Of a stretch of DNA of 64,000 nt, positions 21,911-35,136 are shown one piece after another. This DNA is from Yuukianura sp. NJ FZ-2021 (lineage: Eukaryota): assembly GCA_046563655.1 (NCBI GenBank), contig CM102284.1, positions 5,704,001 through 5,768,000 of the forward strand. The letters run 5' to 3'. Below the pieces are notes generated by a model. That model had not been told where the DNA came from and ran no database searches. It saw only the letters and a list, made by a program, of their open reading frames with translations. How positions within the stretch are numbered: the first letter of the stretch is position 1; each line of letters opens with the position of its first letter. A program made the position numbers and the translations under genes.

Positions 21911-24900
21911 TTGTGCTTTTCAAATTTTGAAACCTTGTTAAAATAAAAATTCGAGTTTTTTGACTTATTGTTCCTAAAAAGTGTTAGTTGCGGTTGGAAT
22001 TCCTTAGCGTTGATTTTTTTTGGGTGCGCGTTGTGGTTGGGGCGAATGTCAGGGTGGATGTGGTGGAGTTCTTTTTGGCTTGGTTCATTTTTCTTGGTTT
22101 TTAGGAAGCCGCTGATGCCGGTGGTGGTGGTGGGGCAGAGGGATGAAAGTGGTGGGTGGGCATAAGGATCTCAAGAGGGAGTCATTCCATCCTGACCGTG
22201 TAGGCAGTAGTACTGGCAGTAGTTTCAGCAGTAGTGGTGAAGTAGCTCAGGGAATAAAGAAAGCCAGAGAAAGTGGGAATCTTCTGGTGAGAATCTTGGG
22301 TTGGTTTGGGGGTTGGTAAAGTCCGTGGTTTAAGAAACGCAAAACTCCTCCCCGCTTTACGGCCAAGAAAAAAAATCACCAAGTTGGGCACCCACCGCCG
22401 CTACCTCGCTTGCTAAAAAAAAGTTCTAACTTAACAAAAATCTGTATCTTATAAGTTTGCTAAGTTTCCTTCCGGGGAAAGCCTAGGTTAGGCTTCGCCT
22501 AGAACAGCGGAGTGGGTAAGGTGGAGCGGCGGTGGGTTTTGGCGTTAAGGTTAGATTCAGGGAAAAAAAGCGGGAGGAGAAAGCAAGTCTTCGTGGTGAA
22601 CGTCTCGGTTGTCCGCTAGAAGCCTTTTTTCTTGAGGGATTTGAGGCTTGCGCTTCCCGCTCCTCCCCGAAAAACCGAGTCCGGGTAGCCCGAAATTACT
22701 TCGGTTCCCAAGGTTCATCCCACAGAAGAGTGGTTATGCCCCCGCCTCCCTCAAGCCCAAGATCTCATTTGAGGCAAGCCTCGGCGTCTCCGTTTCCAAC
22801 TTGCTACTACGGTTCGAATCCAACAAGCTCCAAATGAAAAACAAAGTCCGGGTGACCTACTTTTTGGCAGAAGCTTCCTGAAATGCTGCTCGTTCCTGCT
22901 TCAGGTTCTAAAAGTAAGCAAGCGACCAGCACGGCGACATCTTTCCACAGCTTGCCAACTTTCTCCAGACTTTCACTCCAGCGTTTCTCCAGCATGCAAT
23001 CGCTGGAGAAAGTTCTCTAAACCTTGTTGCTTACAAGAGAAAGTTATACTAGATCTTGACTATTCGAGGCTCCAAAGCTTGCAGCTTGTTCTAGAAGTGT
23101 TAAGCCTCCTGCTGTTGTCATGTCTAAGCCTCGGTAGTGGGAATTTAATTGTCACTCCCCAACTTCTTAGCGACTGCCGGAGTCTCTTTTGTCATTTTGT
23201 ATTCTGGACGTGCCAGTGTCAAGTCCATGTCGTCGGGAAAGGTTCTCCCGAGGGGAGACAAGACACACCGTGGATTCTGGAAGGACTTTTGGAGTCAAGG
23301 GAGAGAGATGCAATGGACTGAAATTGAATTGCAAGGGTTGTTTGAAGTTTTCGGCTCGTCTGAAAGCGGATCCTAATGAACCCCATTTTCCAACAAGATA
23401 CTTCCCCTTCTAGCCTAAAAGTGAAAGCAGAAGCCGTCTGCTTTCACTTTTACAGCCATAACCAAAGGGAAACTTCCGACTTTCAAGTCAAAAGAACAGG
23501 AACTTCCTTTATCATCCATCAATCCTAACCAGGAGCATGTCATTGTGAACCAAATCTGTCATTCGAGGATACCAAACTAACGTTACTGTAAAAAACATCA
23601 ACGAGGTCAAAAGTTCAAATTCATTTTGACACCATTTGTTCTATTTTTAACTTGAAGCTGCAGAATTCATGTTGTCGCTGCAGATCAAGATTCACATGTC
23701 AGTCGGCAAATAGCGTTCTTAAAACTGTAATTTTACAAAGAATCATTGCTAATGTGTATAAAATACACCCTAAAATTGTTTTAAAAGTGATAAAAAATAA
23801 CTAAATGGATGACCTTTGACTTGGTTTGTGTCTTTGACTTTCAGCGACTCTTCAGTGACTTTGAAGGTCAATGAAAATTGAACTTACATGACCTGAATGA
23901 AAACGAAAAGTTAGCTAAATACCAAGGTGTTATAATATACAAGTTAAATTGAAAAAAGATCGTTTTGAAGTTTTTAAACAACTAGCACAGCTGGCACGGA
24001 ATGATTAATTTCGAGGCGTCTTTTGAGTTCCTAGATAATCTAAATAACGGAACACGATCTCTGCTGTTTATTCTGAATAGAAAGAACTTTCTCCAACTTT
24101 TTTTGTTATTTGACTTTCTCTTGACTCCGAGCTCTCATGTCTCTTGCATATCCGTTTTTCAAACTTCCCCCTTTGAACTTTGACTTGCTTTTGTAGTAGG
24201 CAGTCTGCCTCCAGTTGAACTTCATTGCTCTCCAAGTTGATCTTTCCTCTCGGTTTATGATTTCTGATTCCAATTTACTATGCACTCACTTGTAGTCGCT
24301 CTAGACATTCATCAACAAAACAAACTTTTACTTTCACTGGCTCCTCTTCATCCAACTTTCACTTTAGCTTTGTTAGACCAAGTTTTGACTTTTGGATACT
24401 TTTTAAAAGTTCATTTCGTTTTCTTTTTTTGTTGAAATTGGTTTCGAAATGATCTCCAGAAATTGACAAAATTGGAACATTATCCTCCTCTGTAGTTCCC
24501 ATTAGGCCAAAGTCTCAACGACACTTTCCGCAATTCCACATCGATGAAATTGCACCTCTCCCCATTTCAAAATCCCTTTCCACTTTTGTATCGCCGTACT
24601 TTCACTTTCTACCTTCCAGGATTCCAGCAATCCCGCTTCTAAAGTCTATGATTTTGATTGGGGTGATACCTTTATGGGCACTTTGAGGAATATTAGGTTC
24701 TGGAACGGCATGAGGGGAAATCAGAGTTCCTGGAGGAGTGAATATTTCATGTCACTTTGTTACCGTGGACGCCTATAACTTGGTTCTAAGAATCTAGTTT
24801 TCCAGTCTCCTTGTACAATCTCTGTGAATGTAAACCATTTCATTACGGCGGAGAAAGGGAGAATTCAACAGTTTGCCTACGGTTGTTCTGACATTCATTT

Positions 24901-27374
24901 TTAAAGATGCTTGAGCTGGAGAAAATTCCCCTCGGCGCGTCTTGTTGGAAGAGCAAAGGCAAACAAGATGTACAAACAGAAGAAGCTCCTTCTGCTGTCA
25001 GTCTGTTTCTGGAAATAGTAAATAAAAGCAAATAAAAGGAACGACGGAAGGCACAAGTCGACTTTCTCCTGCTCTATTATTCTGACTTGCTTTTGTATAC
25101 GAGGAACTTCGGATACGAATAATTTAGCATCTTCAATTTGAAGTTATGAATTCTGCTTGGTGATTCTTCAGTTGTTGGAAGGCGCCTGTGTCTCCTTCCT
25201 GAATCCGGAGAAAGCAATATGCTTCCTGTCAAATTTGAAGTTCAATGGAACCATTTCCTGAAAGTTGCAACAATAAAAGAAACACTGAAAAAATTCTTTA
25301 ATGCAAACACCAAAGTTTTGCTAAATTGAAAATCTGGAGTTTCAAATTAAAAGTAATTTTGCACAGAGCGTATCTGGCTTCACACTCTAAATTTAAGATG
25401 AAGGACAGAGGCTTTGTGTCAACATTGGACGAAGATGCTGGAATGATTGAAGGGCCATCGGTCACGGTGACATTGGACTGACGGTAGAGAGAATTGATTT
25501 GGCAGTGTGAAAGGACAATGTTCCGCTCTACGATTCCCTGGAGATCCTTCCAGAAAGTGTCAAAAGTGAAGGACCGTGGCAGACTTGAATACAAAACAAT
25601 CCCAGAGGCCCCAAAGACACGGAATGACTTTTAATTTAAACTTTTCAAAAGGAGCTCTTAAAAAAGTTGTGCATCTACTGAGTAACGGAGCAAAGGAGTT
25701 CTCCAAGGCTGAAGAAGTATGGGAATTTTGCAAGAAATCTTTCAACTTAGCGCTTTGAAAACAATGAAAATGAAACAATTAATTCCTAACTTTAAAAATA
25801 AAATTATTGCTAAATTGAATTTTCTTTTCCCACTAATTCCGGGAACAAAAATGGCAAGAAATCCTAATACGTTCGTCGTTTGACCTAACTGTATACCGAA
25901 GTTCCTTTGTTACTTTTCAACATTCTGTTTCAATCTTTTCGTTTGAAACCAAAAATAACCTTCAACACAATTTGAAAACTGAATTTCAAAAGAATCCCAA
26001 GGGCTTGGACGAAACGGAACAATCAAAATGCTTGTCTACGCTTTCTAATTTTCGAAGGTCCTTCAAGGGCCAGTTATGTTTAGAAGGACTTTTCGATTGT
26101 TTATCGGGTATAAAATAACGCGGACATGTCCAGGTCACTTTGAGGTGCTTCTGAGACTTGGTGCAGAATGGATCCAGAGGTATTCGGGACTCTAAGGTTC
26201 ATTCTACGCACTTTGTTGGTTAAATCGATCCCTTAATTCAGGGCATACTCCAGCTCAGAACTCAGAGCTTCCATCTTGTGAGTTCCTAAATGGCAGACGC
26301 ACCGACCGCTTCTACACCAGTATCAAAATAGTAAGTCCTGAAATTATAATAATTAATTACAAAAAAAAGACTTGGAAATTTAAAACATACGAACGCTTGA
26401 CTCTAATAATTGTGGTATGCTTTGGATTGACAGAATGCGTGATTAAAAACATCGTCTCAGCGCAATTAGACAGCTGTCGTCATTCCAGTGACTCTTTCAA
26501 AAAAAAAACAAGTTAATTTCCAAACTTTCGGTTGAACATTTAATAAAAAAAAATTGCTGAGCAACGAAGTGCTCTTTAAACACATTGAAACTTACCAGCG
26601 ATGGGTACTGTATGAGGTATCCAATCACCCGTACTCCTTTCCATGATTGTCTTCAGATTGTCTAAAGATTCCTCCCATCGACCCGTCAGGGTAATGCCCT
26701 TGGACCTTACAGCTTATTACGGTCGTGTCCGGTTACCCGAACGTGGCTTTCCCCTGCAAGGCTGCCACCAAAGGCCCCAAAGACACCACTCCCTGGAATC
26801 GAACCCACGTCTCAATTAGTTCTTTTGTAACTCGTCTTTTGTCTTTTAGTACTATGACCACTTCGCTAGCCATGCCCAGGCTTGAGGTCCAGCAATTGCT
26901 GGTAGTATTTCCTTCCACTTCGTACACTCTGAAAAAGTTAAGGAGTTTACGGAAGCGTCCAAACAGTTTTTCCGTCTCATGTATAAGTTGAATTTTATAA
27001 GTTGAATTTTGGAGAGAGAAAACAGGAGATGAAGAAAATATGGATGAATTAATTGAACTGTAAAAATTAGCATGAAAGTAAGTGTTTTAATTATAATAGT
27101 CAACTTATAAATATAAAGTAAATGATTACTTATTTGTATGATTAGTACGGCGAGTAAAAGTAATTTAATTCACTCCATAGGAAAAGTGAGTACAACAGTG
27201 AGTGTTGGTTGCTAAAGAGTCACAGTGTGATTTCTTTGATTTTTGCGTGTCGTGCAGACTGCTAACCAAAAGGTGGACCCTCGATTTTGGCCGGATGCTA
27301 TGCGGAGATTATGCGGAACAACAAGCTTCCTCACCTTCCCCTCCCCAGCGGTACCCTCTACCTGGCGTAGGGAC

Positions 27375-27398
27375 CCAATGGCGGGAAAAAAATTGAAT
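27375..27398. promoter_or_regulatory. Putative promoter element upstream of PNPLA8: CCAAT, E2F-type site TGGCGGGAAA and a CHR-like TTGAAT
   Basis: The sequence ccaatggcgggaaaaaaattgaat lies in a GC-richer patch just upstream of the probable PNPLA8 5'UTR exons. Motif match only. Confidence 0.35.
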
Positions 27399-28465
27399 TT
27401 TATGCTAAAATTAAATTAAGTACCTAAGCAAAATTTCGAAAACCGAAGACAAAATAGTTTAACTTCACGACTTCACCTGTTCACCTCATTCTTACTTAAT
27501 TAGGAGTTTTCAATTAACTAAGTAATAGTAATTAGTACTTCGATTTCGATTCTCCAATTCATCGTACGATTCTTCTTGGGAAGTTCCTTTCATCTTTTGG
27601 TAAGTTAATCTATTACTAAATTAAAAGTCATAGTAACTTGTGCATTGTGTGAATAATGAACTCGTACTCGTACAATAGTGCTTACTAAAGCCTTGGTGGA
27701 TGATTTTTGAGAGTTTTTAGACTCCAGTGCTTACTTGTTAATGTATTTGAATAAGTATTTTGGCGTACGCCCGGAATTCGGTTTTTAAAGTTGCAGTTTC
27801 AAGGTTTGCGTTTCGCACGTGTAGATAGCTTAGCCCACCTAACATAACTGTTTTGGTTGTATGTTTTTCAGAAGATTCGAGAGCAAGAGCAACAGAACAG
27901 AAGGAGCATCAATCCAGGAAGCATTGGATAGGCGTACGAAGGAGGTGTGTCACGGGCTGAGAGTGACGTAACAGAAAGTGGCATGATCTTCTGAACTGCG
28001 AATCAGCTGAAACTTTGTTTTGGTGAATCAACGACTACGCTTCAAATGGATGCGGATTAACCTACTATCGTTTCTGCGTAGTCCTTTTCTGAAGGCCGTT
28101 TGGTAGCACGTTCCAAGAATACACGTGTGTTACCCAGAAGAGGATGGACCATTCAGTTGTATTTCTAAATCCCAGTCGTCAAGAACATAGCTGTCATTTT
28201 TACTTTCGTCGTCATCATCAACGGTAATTTTCAAAGTCAGAAGTTGCAAAAACATCAAAAGGGACGTTACAGAGCCAGTGCTTGAACTTTTTAATATTTT
28301 TGACAGAAATTCAAGCTAGGCACGTTCAAGCAGATCCAGATGAGAGTCCTCGAGATTTAAATCACAACTAAGGTAACAAGAATTATAAAGGTTATAAAGA
28401 AAAGTCTACCTCGAAGGTTTTTAAGTACTGTACTCTAAAATCGTCGGATTCCTTTCCTTGTTTAG

Positions 28466-30665
28466 ATGCCGTCTAATTCAGCCACTGCCAGGACACTGGC
28501 TAACCAAATCCTTCGTCACAGATCACCAGTCGCGAAGCAATATGTGCGATACACGTCATCATCAGGCAACATCAAGTCCCCCCAACAAACTACAGCTACA
28601 ATCGTGGCAAATATGGGGAAAGAATTGATAGAAATGATGAAATATATCCCTTCAAATATTTACAATAAACTTCAGATCTCAAGCCAGCCACCACCAAACC
28701 CACCCACGTCACCGAATAAACCCACTGCCGAGCAAATTGGAACAAAAACGACTTCGTCCCATGAACAAGAGTCATCGCCTTCCTTGGAAGTCATGTCCAA
28801 AGATTTGACTGCAGCCTCACCATCGCCTCAGCCCTCTCCACCTCCACCGTCTCCTGAAGAGTCCACGACTGTAACTTCGGGCTTTTCAGAAAGTGGAATG
28901 AATTGGCAGCATCTGGAAGCCCGGACAAAGTACTTGGTAAAGATGCTTGAGAAACACGTTAGTACCTTACCTCCACATCAGCTGATTCATCACGTAGAAG
29001 CCATATTTTCCCACATCTACAATCACGACGGAACCCGGGAAGTTGCCATTCACCAAGGAATTTACAAGTTGCTTTTCAAGATATTAAAGTTACATGAGAC
29101 TGACATTCCGATTGTTTATCGTACTCGAGAACTGCTGGCAATTCTTGGATACAATGAGCCTGTCCGCGGACGTGGTATTCGGATTTTAAGCTTAGACGGC
29201 GGCGGCATTCGGTAAGAAAAACTTTTTTCGAACCTAAATTCTTCAGATTTGAGAATCTAACATGTGAATCAGTGAATCTTTTTGTCATTTTCAGAGGTCT
29301 TGTGGCCATCGAAGTGCTGAGAGTTCTAGAAAGACTTACTGGAAAACGAACTCATGAATTGTTTGACTATATTTGTGGAGTAAGTGAACTTTGCAACGGT
29401 TATTATTTAGTTTTTAATGTGAGAGGTTTCTTATTTTTGCCTATTTTAACACATTTAGGTCTCTACGGGTTCAATTCTCGCATTTCTTCTTGGTAAAATT
29501 TTTGAAAGGCGCAATAACCTTGCTTTCCTTGTGAATTTTGAATATTTTATGGTCTTTTTCTGATTTAGGTGTACACAGTAAGACCTTGGACGAAGCGGAA
29601 GTCTTGTACAAGGAATTGGGAAAAGAAATATTTAAGCAAAATTCGTGGTATGGAACAGCAAGCATGCTTTGGTCTCATTCATACTACCATGCTGGTACCT
29701 TCGAAGGTATCCTCAAGAAACATATTGGCGAAGTAACGCTGATATCTCATGCAAGGAACAAAGATCTGCCCCGTGTAAGCTTCTAAAAGATGAATTTTTA
29801 AAATCGATGTTCCGTTTTCCCCAGCGTTGACTTATCATTTGTTCTGTTTTGCAGGTTTCGGCTATCTCAACAGTCGTGAATCAACAAAATATTACTCCTT
29901 ACGTCTTTCGGACTTATACGCTTCCTGTTGGAATTCGGCCGAGGTGTGACTTTTTAAATATTACAGTATTTACGCAGCAGTGAAATAACTTATCTGAAAT
30001 ATTTGACACTAGACATCCCGGAGGGTGCCGATATGAAATGTGGGAGGCCGTTCGAGCTTCAGCTGCTGCCCCAACTTATTTCAACGAACACAAGCTCGGA
30101 AAGCATCTTCATCAGGTCAGTATTGCTAACCAACCGACTAATTTAACACATACTGTGCTTGCTTGGATTTATACCAAGTTTTTCCTATCAGGATGGCGGT
30201 GTAATGTGCAACAATCCAACATCCGTCGCTCTGAGTGAGTCCAAGGCCATTTGGCAAGGCGTTCCACTCCAGTGTGTCGTCAGTATTGGAACTGGAAGAT
30301 CCTTGGCCCATCGTGCTGATCAACATCTAAACGAATTCCACTCCAATGTCAACGATTCTACTACGCCGCAGTCTTTGTCATGGAAAGGCAAGTTCCTCAA
30401 AGTTCTGGACTCAGCCACCGACACCGAATCAGTCCATCATACTCTCAACGAACTCCTGCCGTGTGATGTTTACTTTCGGTTTAACCCTTATGTCACCCAT
30501 ATCCCGAGACTGGACGAGGCTGTGACTCAAGTTCTGGACAAACTTCAGGAAGATACTCGGGACTACTTGGACAGGAACATTGAACGTTGCATGTTGACTT
30601 CACAGGTTCTCAGCAAGGAGAAACGGAGAAGTACTAGAGTGACGGAGTACTTATTTGGTTATTGA
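28466..30665 (+). CDS. PNPLA8: Calcium-independent phospholipase A2-gamma (patatin-like)
   Basis: [15 protein letters not shown] glycine loop, nucleophile motif CG|VSTG (GxSxG, split by intron 29380-29458), [23 protein letters not shown] (catalytic Asp) and YFRFNP. The N-terminus is Arg/Ser-rich and lacks acidic residues, like a mitochondrial presequence. Multi-exon. Confidence 0.92.
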
Positions 30666-30896
30666 GATTGTGTACGCTTTAATGCATCGATTTCTAAATT
30701 TCTAAAAACGTGGTGCAACTTTTTAGCAAATGAATTTCTGATAGTACTTTGTTCATTTGCTATGCTAGTTTTGACAATACGCTTAACGCTTATGCAATAA
30801 TTTATTGTGAAAAGTTAGCTAATCACGGTTTTTAATTTTTAGAATTGAACAAACCATGATTAATCTAGTCTTCTTGAAGATGAAATTAATTAAATG

Positions 30897-32368
30897 TTAT
30901 CCGAAAGTATCGGAACAAAACGTAGCATTTTGATTTTGAAGGTTGAATTTTATAAAGCTGAGGAAATTTTTGACGCGCGTGAATACTGCGGGATTCGTGC
31001 CAGAGCAATTGTTATTTCGAGAAGAAATTCCAACCTGCGTCAAAATTTTAAATGTACGTTGAAAAAAAAATTTGAAAAATTTTATTTAAAAGTTTTTAGT
31101 TGTTAGTTCTAAAACTTACCTGCGTGTAGATTTGCGTTGTTGAATTTTTACTCCGCAGGACCACTAGGCTTCCACCGCTAAAAATTACGGTAAAAATTAA
31201 GGTTTTTTAAATTTCAAATTATTCAGAAATTGCAATTTGAAAATTTTTTTGCACTGTTTTTTACCTATCTCCATTGCAAATGTCTTTTTTCGGATTTTCT
31301 GCACAGATAGTACTGACTGACAAGCCGGAATAGGTTTTAGCACAGGCCGAATTGGAAATAACTTTAAGCTAAAAATTAGCAATTTCCGTTAGCTAATTAC
31401 TGAATTACTTAATTACTTTGAGTAATTAAGTAATTACATGCACGTAGGCTTACCCGAACTTCTCGAATAGAGTTGGATCCATTGTTGTTTCCAAATTTAG
31501 TGTCACCCCATCCCTGAACAATTGAATCTCTGCCTACAAAGGGTGACCCCCTTTGAGACAGACAAACAGGGTTGATGTTGTTTGTCAACAGAACAGGCGA
31601 GGTCATTCGAATTAGGCCAATGTCACTTCCTGCATTGACATTTTTGTACCTGTTCATTTTCAAAACACTTTCTAGATCAAGGTCAAGAGTCAATTTTCAA
31701 ATTTTGAAAAAAGGATTGCAAGATTGTTTACGATGGATGAATTTTGGTTGCTCCAATGGTCTTGATAGCTCGATCGGTGATATTCGTTCCTTGAATTCGG
31801 TTTCCGCCCAAGTAAATCCTGAAATTCCTAATTCCAAGTTTGCGCATGCCTACGAGACAGTGGGCAGCAGTTAGCAGATACTGCGGAGATATTAGGGATG
31901 CTCCGCAGTATGCCCTTCTAGGAGTAACGTTAACCTAAAACCCGAAACAAAATGTAAAGGAATAGTTTTGTAGTAGTTTTTGGAAAAATATGTACTGGTA
32001 ACATCGATTTTACGTTAACAATTGCAGCAGCCCATGGCCAAGCATGATTTCTTGACGTCACACCGCCGACAATTTTCGTCGTATTCGAAATTGGCACTCT
32101 CGCGACTCCTTCTCCACATCTACAACTTTGGTTTGCTGCGACGCTTTGTCTGAGACTTGAAAGTTCAAAGGTCAAAATTTGTTAGTTTTGACTCGAAAAT
32201 TTGGGAAAGTCAAAAGCATTCTTACTTTTGCTGGATATCTGAAGCGTCGCTGTCCCAAACTTCCCAGTCAATATCGTTTTCCAGTGGGACATGGCTGAAA
32301 TCCGACGTTGACAAAATAATTGACGCAAACAGAAGCGGCAAAAAAATTTTAAGAAAAATTCGGAGCAT
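30897..32368 (-). CDS. Secreted trypsin-family (S1A) serine protease 1
   Basis: Seven exons. Hydrophobic N-terminus MLRIFLKIFLPLLFASIIL, CxCG...K/IVGG activation site, TAAHC, DIGL and DICNGD|SGG, so the His-Asp-Ser triad is intact. Stop at 30897. Confidence 0.88.
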
Positions 32369-32554
32369 CTTTAGGTGTCAAAATACTGAAGACGTCTGAA
32401 AACTAGTTTATGGTCATCGCATTTAGAATTGACTAAACTGTGTAACGGTGATTTTAAGCATTTTCGGAGAAAATTGATTACAAAAACTGTTCTTTACTAC
32501 AAATTTCCAATTTTAATTTCAATTGATTTTAATTGCAGTTTTGTAATTGCACAA

Positions 32555-33907
32555 TTAGCATCGCCCAGCATTTTCAGTGTTTCTTTGGATGAAGTTAATG
32601 AAGGGGCTGATTCTGGTGTAAATTCCTGGAAACCCCTTCTGAGCACAGTGTCGTCCAAAGGAAACAATTCCGATCTGCACAAAAAATTGCGTTTAGAATT
32701 TTCAGCTACGTTTGATCATTCAATTTGTGATTCTCACTTGTTCATAAGATTGTTCTTGTTTTCGTTTTAGAAAAAGTGGGCCACCTACAACAAAAAGTTG
32801 AAGTTGAGGTCAAAGGTTAGCTCTACGGGTTATGTCAACTCAAAATTATACCAGAATCGCCAGCACAAGAATCCTTCTTGTCACTTGCAGCACAGACCAT
32901 CCTGGCTGGGTTGATGTCAATTCCGACTTTTCCGTAGTTGCTCTTGCATAGACCTGGAGGCGATATTCGGAGCTTTCAAGAAATTTTTGCAAAATTAGAA
33001 ACGTAATTTCTAAATTCTAAAACAAAACTTTTTTTTTGAAAATTGTTTACTGCAACTTGTCGCTGGGAATTTACTGTAGGACCCCCATCACGGACAGCTC
33101 CTGGACAAGATTTTCCAAAAACTTACGGTTTTTAGTCTGATGGAAGCCAAAAATTCTTGATTCCACTTACCCCACCCTATTGAAATAAACAGAAGCATTT
33201 CAAGAAAAGTACCTACTGGTTCAAACAAGACTTTACGTATATATGTTTCTAAAAGGTTACCGACGACAACCGCTGGAAGTCCAGGGGTCAGAGGTTGACC
33301 AGAAGGCTGATGAATGCAAATGGGTTGAACACTTTGTGAGTATTTTACTTTAGATGAAAGCCGCACCAAAGCAATATCGTTGACCAGAGTTTCAGGATTG
33401 TAGGATGGATGGATCTTCACGGCATCAATACCGTATCGAACAATGTTCGAACCGTCCAGTTTCGTGTCGCCCATGACAACCCGGAAGTTCACCAGCGATG
33501 CATTTCTGACAACCAGGTCATGAACACAATGTGCTGCTTAAGGAAAACAAGAAAATTGATCTTGACATTTGGCCTCACCTGAAGATTTTGTTAATCTTAC
33601 CTGCAGTTAAAACGTTTCTGCTGTCAACCAGAGATGCTCCACAGAACTGTTCTTCCCTGCCACTCAAAATCTAAAAAGCAAAATCCATACCTCGTTGACC
33701 TTCGACCTTTCATCCAGATAAATTTTGAGGTTAGAGTGCTATTACCTGAACCAAGCCAGCCATCCATGGCCACGCATTTTCTCTGGACAAATGACCGCCA
33801 ACAATTTTCTGGTCAGATCCCAGTCGTCGTTTTCCGCAAGGACAAAAAGCACAAGCGATTTCCAGAGAAAATCCTAAAATCAAAAATAGTTTTGAACAAA
33901 ACAGCAT
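32555..33907 (-). CDS. Secreted trypsin-family (S1A) serine protease 2, tandem paralog of protease 1
   Basis: CPCG...K/IVGG, WPWMA, FCGASLV...TA|AHC, DIALVRL, GWG (on a 6-nt microexon), DSCAGDS|GGPL and IGIVSFGRHCAQKGFPGIYTRI. Catalytic triad intact. The start codon is uncertain. Confidence 0.85.
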
Positions 33908-35136
33908 TTTATGCAAAATTTAAAAAAAATGATTTTTTCTTTGAAAAGTTGACTATAAATACTATGTATGATAAAAGTTTCAATAAATTATGCTAAGTGA
34001 AAGTTCAAAATTCAAAAAAGCTCTGCTGCAATTCGGAAATCCCAAAATTCTAAATTCTCGGAACCAGAAAAATGCTGCTTTTATGCTGTCCATTCATTCG
34101 CTGCTTAAAAAAACATAATCACTTGACTTGAGAGGCAAAAGTGGCTAAAAAGCCGGAACTGAGAGTGACAGGTCAATGGGATTGGAGTTGCATGTCAAAA
34201 AGAAATTTGGTCAAGAGCATTAGTCATTCCTGGATAGGATCACTTTCTCTTTTGGCGTGTTTCCAAATAACCCACTTCAAAAAAGTGACGTGTTTAACTT
34301 TTTAACAATTTCCTTTGAATTTCATTTTTCTTAGGTTATGGCTTAACTTGGGTTTTTATAGGCTTCCAAAAGGACTACCGAAGAAAGTTATCGTTTGACT
34401 GGCATGTGTCGAGTGAAAGTGGCGAATGTTAAGATTTGAACGTCTTTTGAGTCATAAAAGGCCTTAAACTTTCTTTGTGTTCAAAGAGTCATAAAAGGGC
34501 GCCTTCCATAAAAGTGTGAACCTTGACGGCTTTAGCTTTGAACTTTCTCCACTTTCACTATTGTTTTCCTTTTCCGCAGTTTTGGGCAAGGCGGTTAGGT
34601 TATGTTTTCATCTTTCTCTTTGTGTTTTTTAAACAGTTTTGTTTTGAATCTGGATTTAATATAGTCGTTAAAGGTGGTTCACCTTTAACAAAGGAACTTT
34701 CAGTAGAGAAAGTTGTCCCAGTGAAGTGTCATTTTCCTTTTAGACTAGTGCACTTCCAAAGCATGTTTGAATATGTTTAAGAGCACACTTATTTAGTGTT
34801 GTACTAAAAGAAGCTTTAGTAAGCTCTATTGATTAATCGATCCAGTTTCTTTCTTTGTGGACTTTTCCGCAGTACCAACACATTCCTTTACAGCACGCTA
34901 GCTCCAGTTGCTTACGAGAAGCCATGCAGTGAAAGCCAGAGAAAGCCAGCTTTCCTTTCGTGCGGCCTAATGTTATTGTCCTCTTATTACATTTTTGCAA
35001 AAGTGGCTAGTGACTAATTTAGCACTTTGGCATAACTTGTTCTAAATTGGCGATAGGAGTAAACTTACCTTGTAATTCAATAGGTTGAAGTGGTTTAACC
35101 TAAGCAACGTTGACGAAAGTGCCCTGAACTGAAAAA

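Noticed and set aside
26733-26927. 64-aa minus-strand ORF with protein-like composition
   Set aside because: It stops before the nearby splice donor and has no convincing start or homology. Kept only as a possible non-coding exon.
22000-27500. Possible fourth Runx gene (lozenge)
   Set aside because: I found no HWRSNK, FNDLRF or [11 protein letters not shown] sequence on either strand in this interval.
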